From: Sphaerochaetaceae bacterium
Lineage (GTDB): Bacteria; Spirochaetota; Spirochaetia; Sphaerochaetales; Sphaerochaetaceae
Direction of reading: 5' to 3'
NCBI GenBank assembly: GCA_963677735.1
Contig: OY782505.1
Coordinates: 3,192,770 to 3,256,769 of the forward strand
DNA length: 64,000 bases
In this document: piece by piece, positions 56,221-64,000 of the stretch
Layout: each line of letters opens with the position of its first letter
Position numbering within the stretch: position 1 is the stretch's first letter
Notes under the pieces: generated by a model
What the model was told of the DNA's origin: nothing
Databases searched by the model: none
What the model saw: the letters and a program-made list of their open reading frames with translations, nothing else
Translations under genes and position numbers: made by a program

Positions 56221-57492
56221 TTATTTAAAGCTTGCAACAGCGTTATTCATATCTTGGATAAATTGATCTACATTGTCAGGATCTTGTGCAAATAAATCAA
56301 AGATAGGTCCAAAGATGTTTTGTCCAGCACCATCAGGAAGCATTCCGAAGAATACACCATAGTTACCACCCTTAGCATTTGCATCCATTAGAGCTTGGCT
56401 AAGTTGTCCTGAAGGTTTTAGAGTAACTGATTTGAAAGCAGGAATCATACCAGCTTCGTTTACCATATATTTATGTCCTTCTTCAGTCATAGCAATTGAA
56501 GTTAAGAAATCTTTAGCAGCTTCAATGTTAGGACTTTGTGAATTTACAACATACCAGCTTGGAGCAAATAGGAATAATCCAGTTTCTTCTGTATCTAAGA
56601 AAGCATGAGGAGCATAACCAATTTCAAAATCAACACCTAATTGTGCTAAGTTTGGATCTACCCAGTTTCCTTGGTGTAAGAAAGCTGTTTTTCCTTGTGC
56701 AAATGAGCCAACTTGATCATCATAACTACCATTTAATAAGATTGCTTGATCAGCATATTTAAATAATAATTGAAGATATTTTGTATATTGCATGAAACGT
56801 TCTTGGTCTAATTCACCGTTAAGAGCTTTTTCAATTATTGAAGTATCATTGAAATCAAGACCGCCGCCCCAATAAACTGCTAAGTTATGTTGAGCTGCTA
56901 CCCACCACATTCCACCAGCTACGGAAGCTGCCATTGCTACAGGTGCATCAATTCCAAGTTCTTCTTTTTTCTCATCTAAGATTTTGAAAGCTTTTTCATA
57001 AGCTGCTCTTGTTGTAAGAGTTGCAGGATCGATTCCAGCTTTATCTAAAATTTCTGCATTATAAGCTAAACCATAACCTTCGATTGCTACAGGGAATCCC
57101 ACTACCTTTCCATCAGCCATAAATGCTAAATCAGTATCATCTACCCAAGGTTCATCACTTAAATCAGCAATGTAATCTTTCCAAATGTCATATCCACCTT
57201 GACCTTCAATAACGAAAATATCTGGCATTTGATCAGATTGTAGTTTTGCTTTCATAGCTCCACCGTAGTCTCCACCACCTCCTAGTGTTTCAACTTTTAC
57301 AGTTACGCCGTCTGTTGCTGCACTATATTGAGCTGCATAGGCATCAAGTGCATCTTTGATTTCAACTTTAAGTTGGAACATGTTTACAGTAGTCTCTCCA
57401 GATTGTTCGTTTGTACCTGAAGCAAAAATACTGGTTGTGATTAGTGAAAATACTAATGTGAATGCTAAAACTTTTGTTAATGTTTTTTTCAT
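56221..57492 (-). CDS. ABC transporter extracellular solute-binding protein (family 1)
   Basis: I chose ATG 57492 (MKKTLTKVLAF...) with a GAGG RBS and a signal peptide. The ORF track extends to 57561. Confidence 0.85.
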   Translation of the reverse strand: MKKTLTKVLAFTLVFSLITTSIFASGTNEQSGETTVNMFQLKVEIKDALDAYAAQYSAATDGVTVKVETLGGGGDYGGAMKAKLQSDQMPDIFVIEGQGGYDIWKDYIADLSDEPWVDDTDLAFMADGKVVGFPVAIEGYGLAYNAEILDKAGIDPATLTTRAAYEKAFKILDEKKEELGIDAPVAMAASVAGGMWWVAAQHNLAVYWGGGLDFNDTSIIEKALNGELDQERFMQYTKYLQLLFKYADQAILLNGSYDDQVGSFAQGKTAFLHQGNWVDPNLAQLGVDFEIGYAPHAFLDTEETGLFLFAPSWYVVNSQSPNIEAAKDFLTSIAMTEEGHKYMVNEAGMIPAFKSVTLKPSGQLSQALMDANAKGGNYGVFFGMLPDGAGQNIFGPIFDLFAQDPDNVDQFIQDMNNAVASFK

Positions 57493-57548
57493 TTTTAACC
57501 TCTTTTGTTCGATGTTTATGTTGCTTTTGGGAAGATTAATTGAGTAGG

Positions 57549-57560
57549 TGTTACGCAACA
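57549..57560. promoter_or_regulatory. Candidate LacI-family operator
   Basis: TGTTACGCAACA, a CG-centred near-palindrome (5 of 6 arm pairs) fitting TGnnAnCGnTnnCA. It lies 57 nt upstream of the binding-protein start. Confidence 0.4.
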
Positions 57561-57916
57561 TCTATAACTAGTATAGCATCAATTTTATCTCTGTCAATCA
57601 AAAAAATTTTAGTAATATTTTTTTAGAGGTAAAATTTGACTCAATTTATAGCTGATTTTTAAATAAAAAGGTAACAATTATTAAGAAATTAATGTAAAAA
57701 ATATCTTCAGCTTGATAGATTTGTTTTTTTGTAATCTAAGTAGAAAGCTATCTTTTTATTTTTAAATGTAGCTTTAATTAGGTTCATTACAAGTAAATGA
57801 TAATTTGAAAAAAATTAATGTAGTAGTTTTATATCTTTATAAGAATTCAAGAAATTGATTTTGGAAGAGAAAAGATGGTTTTTATTTTATTAAAATATTA
57901 CATAAATATATCTTAT

Positions 57917-57959
57917 AAAAAAACTCCTCTTTCTTTGTTTTTGAAAAGAAAAGAGGAGC
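57917..57959 (-). terminator. Rho-independent terminator of the 5'-nucleotidase gene
   Basis: The minus strand reads GCTCCTCTTTTCTTTTCAAAAACAAAGAAAGAGGAG followed by TTTTTTT. Confidence 0.7.
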
Positions 57960-57984
57960 AAAATTAATTAAAAGTTTATTTTTT

Positions 57985-59742
57985 TTAGTAATTTAGTAAA
58001 TCAGCTTCAGTTAAACTCTTGTAATATGGAGTTTCAATAGTTCCATTATTTACTAGTTCACAAGCTTTAGCTCTTAATTCTTCATCCCAACTATAACCTG
58101 TTAATTTCCAGTTGTTATCAACTTCAGGAGAAATAGTGCCTTCTTCTTCTAAATAGCTAACAATCATATCTCTAATAGAATTTGAGCTTTCCCAATTCCT
58201 CTTGCCAGAAATAATCTTTGCAGCTTTTAATCCAGAATATCTATAGTTATTAACACCTAAAGTTAAAGTTTGATTTGGATCTAATGGTTTGCCTTTGAAC
58301 ATAACATTTTCAATTCTGCTACCAATAGGTTTTGAAACATTAACTTCATAATCTACTCCTGCAAACATATCATAAAGATATCCAGGATATTCTTCATTGA
58401 AGGAAATATTTAAATCACCTTCTTTGAATGTGTTTAGACCTCTAACAGCCCATTCCATATAATCTTTTAGTTCAGCACCAGTTATTTCAACTGTATATAG
58501 TGTGTTATCATATTTGTAAATATCAAAGATGTTACCGTAGTTTAAATCACCTTTTGGTAAGTCACTTGTATCTTTAAATAGCGCTGCACTTACTACATCA
58601 GCATCACTATTCATTAATTCAACTTTGTTAATTAAATCAATAACAGCTGTATCCCTTAGTTTTCCTTCAGGAATTCCCATCATTTCATTTTCAGGTTGGA
58701 AAGTTTCACTAGCAGTACCCAGAGCAACGCTTTGAACTTCACCGTTCTCATCTTTTACTCCACCTTTAATAAAATCACGTGTTGCTTGATGAGCTTGTGC
58801 TACTATAGCAAGTTCTCTGATTTCAGCTGAAGGTTCATAATCTGCCATATCAACTAATTGAGTTTCAACCCCTGTTACTTCGTTGTACTCATTAACTGAA
58901 ATATCGAATCTAGCAACTGTTGCTGCATTTTTTTTACATTCTAGAATCTTAACACCGTTTACTTCATTTTGAACATTGCTGTGGAAGTGACCTAGCATTA
59001 ACATATCTAATTCAGGGCATTCTTCTGCAATTTTAAGTCCAGCATCACCTTCATTGTCTTGGTCAAATTCAGCTGTTTCACCTAAGTGAGCTACACAAAT
59101 TAAAATATCACATTGATCTTCAATTTCATCTATAACGGCTCTACATGTATCAGCACCACTTTTGAAAGTAAGAGCAGCTACTTTATCGCCATCCCAAGTT
59201 GGAGCATTAGGGTTTGTAATTCCAATTATACCAATCTTAGTACCATTTCTTTCAATAATGGTGTAAGAATTTGCTAAAGGTGTTCCATCAACATAACTTA
59301 CATTTGCTGCAAGTATAGGGAAATTAGCTTGTGCAATAATTCTATTTACCATATCAAGACCAAAATTGTATTCATGATTACCTAAAGTCATTGAATCATA
59401 TCCCATGTAATTCATAGCTTGAATTACAGGATGAGGGCCATCTTGTTTGTTGTAAATATCATCAGTTAAGATATTACCTTGAATGGTGTCTCCATTGTCA
59501 ACTAAAATGACATTATTTGGATTTTCTTCTCTAACTTGTTTAATATAAGTATAAGCTCTAGCCATACCTGTATTTTTTGTTTCACTGTCATTTTCATAAG
59601 AAAAACCCCAAATATCAGAGTGAATGTCTGTAGTTGCTAAAACAGTAATTGTTTTGGCTTCTGGCATTTCTTCTGGATACCCTTGAGCAAATAACGCGGT
59701 GGTACTTAATAAAAGAACCATCAATAAAGTTGTTTTTTTCAT
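57985..59742 (-). CDS. Secreted bifunctional metallophosphatase / 5'-nucleotidase (UshA/CpdB-like)
   Basis: I chose ATG 59742 (MKKTTLLMVLL...) with a GGAGGA RBS. Signal peptide. Motifs DIHSD, GDTIQG, GNHEYN, GHFH, plus a C-terminal 5'-nucleotidase domain. Confidence 0.85.
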   Translation of the reverse strand: MKKTTLLMVLLLSTTALFAQGYPEEMPEAKTITVLATTDIHSDIWGFSYENDSETKNTGMARAYTYIKQVREENPNNVILVDNGDTIQGNILTDDIYNKQDGPHPVIQAMNYMGYDSMTLGNHEYNFGLDMVNRIIAQANFPILAANVSYVDGTPLANSYTIIERNGTKIGIIGITNPNAPTWDGDKVAALTFKSGADTCRAVIDEIEDQCDILICVAHLGETAEFDQDNEGDAGLKIAEECPELDMLMLGHFHSNVQNEVNGVKILECKKNAATVARFDISVNEYNEVTGVETQLVDMADYEPSAEIRELAIVAQAHQATRDFIKGGVKDENGEVQSVALGTASETFQPENEMMGIPEGKLRDTAVIDLINKVELMNSDADVVSAALFKDTSDLPKGDLNYGNIFDIYKYDNTLYTVEITGAELKDYMEWAVRGLNTFKEGDLNISFNEEYPGYLYDMFAGVDYEVNVSKPIGSRIENVMFKGKPLDPNQTLTLGVNNYRYSGLKAAKIISGKRNWESSNSIRDMIVSYLEEEGTISPEVDNNWKLTGYSWDEELRAKACELVNNGTIETPYYKSLTEADLLNY

Positions 59743-59876
59743 AACTTTATCCTCCATAATTAATAGTTATATATTATCACAATTTGTTATAATGATAATT
59801 ATGTTTTATGTAAATTTTATGGTTTTGCGCTCTATATTTTGCTTTTTGTTAAATAAGGATTAATTATATTAATAAA

Positions 59877-60827
59877 TTATAAGTTCCATTTAGCTCCTGT
59901 TGCTTTTTCTGAAACACTCCAAAGCTTTTGTGCAACCTTTTCATCTAGAGCATGTTTTTCTAGTTTACATTCTCCTACAGGACCAACCCAATAACTTCTA
60001 CCGGTTGGACCATAAAAACCCTTTTCATCTAAATCCTTCTCTGTTGCACACATTAACTCTGGGTAAGATCCTTTTTCAGCAGATTGGGTTAATGGAGAGT
60101 GAGCCATTAAAAAGAATGAAAATCTCATAAATAAATTCCCACTAGTTGAAATTAGTGAAGTTCTTGAAGATCCTGGGTGACAAGCATATACCTTTACTTT
60201 ACTTTTATTAGCTTTCTTTAAGCGTTTTTGTAATTCATAAACACTCATTATTTGTGCTAGTTTACTTTGGCTATAGGCATTATTACCAGTATAACCTTTA
60301 TCCCAATTCATATTGTCAAATTTAATTGTTTTAATTCCCATTTTATAACCTTCACTTCCAACTACTACTATGCGTCCCTCTGATTTTTCAATTAGTGGAA
60401 ATAGTAAACTTTGTAATAAAAAGTGGCCATAGTGATTAACTCCAAGTTGGCTCTCAAAGCCATCTACTGTTAGTTTTTGTTTGGGAACTTGTGCAATAGC
60501 ACCATTACACATTAATACATCAATCCTTGATACTTTATTAAGAACTTCTTTTGCTGCTTTTCTTACTGATGATAAATCACCTAGATCTATTGTAATAAAA
60601 GAAATATCTATATTGTCACCTAATTCTTTTTTTAATATATCTATAACATTTGTTGATTTTTTAGGATTACGATTTAACATTACAACTTTTGCTCCTTTAG
60701 ATAGAAGAATCTTAGTTGCTTCGAATCCAGTGCCACTAGTAGCTCCTGTAATTAGAAATGTTTTTCCTTTTAATGATTTAATTCTTTCTGGTGTCCAACC
60801 TTGTCTTCCAAATTGTCTGTCAGCCAT
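59877..60827 (-). CDS. SDR family oxidoreductase (retinol dehydrogenase/WWOX-like)
   Basis: ITGATSGTGFE cofactor motif and catalytic YSQSKLA. Confidence 0.85.
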   Translation of the reverse strand: MADRQFGRQGWTPERIKSLKGKTFLITGATSGTGFEATKILLSKGAKVVMLNRNPKKSTNVIDILKKELGDNIDISFITIDLGDLSSVRKAAKEVLNKVSRIDVLMCNGAIAQVPKQKLTVDGFESQLGVNHYGHFLLQSLLFPLIEKSEGRIVVVGSEGYKMGIKTIKFDNMNWDKGYTGNNAYSQSKLAQIMSVYELQKRLKKANKSKVKVYACHPGSSRTSLISTSGNLFMRFSFFLMAHSPLTQSAEKGSYPELMCATEKDLDEKGFYGPTGRSYWVGPVGECKLEKHALDEKVAQKLWSVSEKATGAKWNL

Positions 60828-60998
60828 ATTTAACTCCTTAATTTTCAGTTTTATATTTTTAATTTAATAACGGTTTAGTTATCGTCTATATATAATATAA
60901 CTCTTGTATTAGTATAAATATAGTATAATTTATATCTAAAAATTGCCTAATTGTATCATTTAGTTGAAAAATATTATTATTGATGATAACTTTGACTC

Positions 60999-61916
60999 AT
61001 GAGAAAAGAACAAATAAAAGAGATAATTAAAGATAGAATTAATGAAGATGGTTTAATCGATACATCGATTAAAGGAGTTAAATTATTTAGAGTATCACAC
61101 TCTCATTTGTGTTCTCCTGCAGTTTATGAGCCAGTTGTAGTTGCAATTCTTAGTGGAGTTAAAGAAGCAATAGTAGATGGCAAATCATATTTATTTGACA
61201 GCAGTAAATATTTATGTTGTCCTATTTCAATGCCTGTTGAAGCTGGAACTCCCCAAGCAACAAAAGAAGATCCTTTATTAGGTGTATATATCTCTTTAGA
61301 TACAAAAATAATGAGAGAGATAACAATTGAGATGGAAAGTGTTATTAAAGGCTCTAGTAAAGATTCTACACATTCTTCTCCTTCTATTGCTGTATCTACT
61401 TGGGATGATTCATTTACTGACGCACTTTATAGATTATTAGCAATCGAAAAAGATCCTGTTGATACAGCAATACTAAAAGAAAGTAGACTTCGTGAATTAT
61501 ATTATACCATTTTAAAAGGAGAAGCTGGAAAAACAGCTAGGAGAGCTTTTGGAGTTGGTAATGAAATAGCTAGATCTATTGAATATATTTCAAAGCGTGT
61601 TGAACACCCTATTTCAATTGAAGATATGGCAGATCAAGTTGGAATGAGTAGGGCTGTTTTTCATCGGAAATTTAAACAAGCTACCACTATGTCTCCTATG
61701 CAATTTGTTAAATCTATGCGTCTAAATATGGGAGCGATGAAGCTTGCATCAGGAATGAATATAAATGAAGCTGCTTTGCAAGTTGGATATGTTAGCTCAT
61801 CTCAGTTTAGTAGAGAGTTTAAACGTATGTATGGACAATCTCCTAAGCAATGGAGTAAAACAGTTACTTTACCTGCTGATATAATACAAAAAAATACAAA
61901 TTATTTATATTCATAA
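60999..61916 (+). CDS. AraC family transcriptional regulator (AraC_N-type sensor domain)
   Basis: C-terminal dual HTH (IEDMADQVGMSRAVFHRKFKQ... and GYVSSSQFSREFKRMYGQSP). Divergent from the SDR. Confidence 0.85.
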   Translation: MRKEQIKEIIKDRINEDGLIDTSIKGVKLFRVSHSHLCSPAVYEPVVVAILSGVKEAIVDGKSYLFDSSKYLCCPISMPVEAGTPQATKEDPLLGVYISLDTKIMREITIEMESVIKGSSKDSTHSSPSIAVSTWDDSFTDALYRLLAIEKDPVDTAILKESRLRELYYTILKGEAGKTARRAFGVGNEIARSIEYISKRVEHPISIEDMADQVGMSRAVFHRKFKQATTMSPMQFVKSMRLNMGAMKLASGMNINEAALQVGYVSSSQFSREFKRMYGQSPKQWSKTVTLPADIIQKNTNYLYS

Positions 61917-62035
61917 AGAAATAAAGCCACTTGAGTGTACAAAAATATACCCTAGTTCTCTTCTTTAATTATCATTTAAATTAGAGAGAAGGGTATATTT
62001 AAAAAAGATGGTTTTAATATTTAAAATATTTGATA

Positions 62036-63091
62036 TTAAATTGTTTTGTAAAATCCAATCCCTATTTCATTGTTTGATTTAATAATAGGGTATGGGGTGA
62101 TAATATCAGTAAAAGCGGTTTTACTAGAACTATTTTTATAATCAATATTTCTTGTGAAATATGTTGCTATTGCCTGTCCGGCCAATGAAGATCCCATAAT
62201 AATGGATGCGAATGTTTTTTGTTCAATTGTAACAAAATCTTCTAAAATTAAGTTTGTAAATAAACCAATTAATGCTCCACCAATTCCCCCAACAGATACT
62301 AATCCACTTCTTGTAGATGACCATTGTATTTTATCCCAAAGAGGAAGAGAGCCAAAATATGCTGCATCTGAGATTCCCATTCCTAATAATATGGAGTTAG
62401 TAGAATCTAGATTGTCAAAAAATAATGTACTTAACCAGTAATAATAGTTTGTCCAAGCATATGTTTGAAGTCCAAAGAAAGCTTTTCCTTTTGGAATCTC
62501 TTTATCTTTGAGATTGTAGTAGGAGAGAAAAAGTGAAGCATTTAATGTGACTAATTCAGCAGATTGTAAAACTTTTTCTTCAACATCTTCATTATCAAAT
62601 AAGTTGTACTCATATGAAAGTGCTTTTAAATAATAAAAATTACCCATGGATATTATTTGATTTGTCAATATATTTGAATATAAATTGAAAGATATTGGCA
62701 TATCTTTCGACATTAGATAAGAGGATGAAATTCCTAATCCAACTCCAGTTAATCCAGCAAGTCCAATTGTTAATGAATCTTGCTCAATTTCAAATAAATT
62801 AAGTAACTTTATGGTTGTATAAGATAGAGTCGATAGGTTTCCTAAATAAAATGGAACGATCCCTGAGTTATCAACTTTATTGTTAATATCTAAAAGAAAG
62901 TTATTAGCTTTTATATTATAATTTGAATTAGGAAACTCAAATATCAATTGATTGAAAGATTCTCTCGCCTGCTCTTTATTATCATCGATTAATGATTCTA
63001 AGCCTTCTATATAAAGGGATGTATCATCATTTGCAAATATTGGATTTAATATAGTAATTAATAAAAATATTATTAATAAATTCTTTTTCAT
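62036..63091 (-). CDS. Hypothetical exported/membrane protein (N-terminal helical module plus Gly-rich hydrophobic segments)
   Basis: I chose ATG 63091 (MKKNLLIIFLLITILNPIFA) after an AGGAGA RBS. Several Gly-rich hydrophobic stretches (GLAGLTGVGLGISS, VSVGGIGGALIGLF). No family recognised. Confidence 0.6.
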   Translation of the reverse strand: MKKNLLIIFLLITILNPIFANDDTSLYIEGLESLIDDNKEQARESFNQLIFEFPNSNYNIKANNFLLDINNKVDNSGIVPFYLGNLSTLSYTTIKLLNLFEIEQDSLTIGLAGLTGVGLGISSSYLMSKDMPISFNLYSNILTNQIISMGNFYYLKALSYEYNLFDNEDVEEKVLQSAELVTLNASLFLSYYNLKDKEIPKGKAFFGLQTYAWTNYYYWLSTLFFDNLDSTNSILLGMGISDAAYFGSLPLWDKIQWSSTRSGLVSVGGIGGALIGLFTNLILEDFVTIEQKTFASIIMGSSLAGQAIATYFTRNIDYKNSSSKTAFTDIITPYPIIKSNNEIGIGFYKTI

Positions 63092-63580
63092 AAAATTTTC
63101 TCCTTGTTTTCTACTCACTTATTTTAGTTTAGATTTTCAAAATAAAATAGCAAATAATTTTATATTCACCATAATGAGTTATTTTTCTCTAAAAGTATAT
63201 ATTAAAAATCTTAACTTCGATCTGATAAATAAATTGAATTCAATTTTACACAATTTAACTCATAAATATTATCTAATTATTAGATTTTGATATTAATTTT
63301 TAGTTTCTTAAGGTTCTATTATCTTTCATAATTACTTAATTCTCACTAATAAATTAGTAATCACTAACAAATTTTAAAGTATAATTTTACATAATAAATT
63401 AATAAATATAATAAAAATTAGTATATATATGATTAAAATAAATCATATTATGTATATTTATAAAATAAATATTGACATACTTTGTTTTATAATTTATGTT
63501 AATTAAAGCAAACATTTTTATTAGTTATTATAATGTCTTAATATCGTTTCAAACTTTTTGTAAATAGGAGTTCATGTAGT

Positions 63581-64000
63581 ATGGATCAGAGTCTTGTTGA
63601 AAACCGGAAATCATTATTAAAGCAGCAGTATTCTCACACTCAAGCAAAAAAAAGATTATTTAGTTTTTTTTTAATCCCACTAGTATTTCTAATTGGTGGT
63701 TTAGCTGTTGCTTTTGGTTCTGCTGATATTGCATTTGTAGATGTTTATACAACTATTTTTAGTAAACTTTTGCCTTCTTTACAAATACCTCAAGAAACCA
63801 CAAGTATAATTATCTGGAAATTAAGATTACCAAGGGTTGTCATGGGGCTTTTAGCCGGTATTGCATTAGGTTCATCTGGTGCTGTTATGCAAGTTGTATT
63901 AAAAAACCCTTTAGCAGACCCCTATATGTTAGGTATTTCTTCTGCAGCAGGATTTGGGGCATCCTTAGCAATTATTTTTGAAATTGGTATTTTTAGTGGA
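63581..64000 (+). CDS. FecCD/BtuC family iron-siderophore or cobalamin ABC transporter permease (5' partial, runs off the window)
   Basis: AGGAG RBS. The frame is open from ATG 63581 to the window end. Canonical [49 protein letters not shown]. It is absent from the ORF track because it has no stop codon. Confidence 0.85.
   Translation, partial: MDQSLVENRKSLLKQQYSHTQAKKRLFSFFLIPLVFLIGGLAVAFGSADIAFVDVYTTIFSKLLPSLQIPQETTSIIIWKLRLPRVVMGLLAGIALGSSGAVMQVVLKNPLADPYMLGISSAAGFGASLAIIFEIGIFSG

Noticed and set aside
63119-63580. Possible cobalamin riboswitch upstream of the FecCD/BtuC-like permease.
   Set aside because: There is no B12-box (GCCACTG-like) or GC-rich paired regions. The region is almost pure AT.
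1-64000. Window-wide search for CRISPR arrays, tRNA/rRNA genes, intact IS elements or prophage, and known defence-system hallmarks.
   Set aside because: I recognised none. No regularly spaced direct repeats, no GC-rich structured RNA islands, no integrase or recombinase. The only mobile-element trace is the decayed IS110 relic at 754-1416.

Overview
AT-rich bacterial chromosomal segment (roughly 30% GC by eye, not computed) with about 56 supportable protein-coding genes. I recognised no rRNA, tRNA, CRISPR array, intact mobile element or defence-type gene (nuclease, helicase, reverse transcriptase, toxin-antitoxin). An RND/TolC efflux operon, Cys-lipobox lipoproteins, rubrerythrin and a BMP-family transporter point to an anaerobic diderm, possibly spirochaete- or fusobacterium-like; I cannot assign taxonomy from sequence alone. 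The window is a mosaic of substrate-uptake and detoxification loci, each with its own regulator. (1) A TetR-controlled 5-gene operon (2527-6011) holds a membrane protein resembling fungal Pyr4/PaxB transmembrane terpene cyclases, a flavodoxin-ferredoxin fusion, an NTF2/SnoaL-like protein, an AiiA-like lactonase and an SDR. It is bracketed by an IS110 transposase relic and a possible PTS-EIIA gene fragment. (2) An MFS gene overlaps an extended ArsR-type regulator gene, followed by a GNAT. (3) An RND efflux operon (adaptor, pump, outer membrane factor). (4) Rubrerythrin. (5) A GntR locus with a uridine-phosphorylase-like gene and a CUT1 ABC transporter, next to an NCS2 nucleobase permease. (6) A Crp-like regulator, a BMP-family ABC transporter and a leaderless Cys-type sulfatase. 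(7) LacI, TctBCA, a second leaderless sulfatase, a YiaK/DlgD-like dehydrogenase and a Zn-ADH. (8) arsR-acr3-arsD-arsA plus an extra small protein with vicinal cysteines. (9) Housekeeping genes (acyl-CoA ligase, pyruvate kinase, Dus). (10) LacI, a GH4 hydrolase and a second CUT1 ABC operon. (11) A 5'-nucleotidase, an AraC/SDR pair, and a partial FecCD permease at the right edge. The best novelty candidates are the Pyr4-like operon, the two transporter-plus-cytoplasmic-sulfatase loci and the extra Cys-rich ars gene. All family assignments come from motif recognition by eye and need HMM or structure confirmation.
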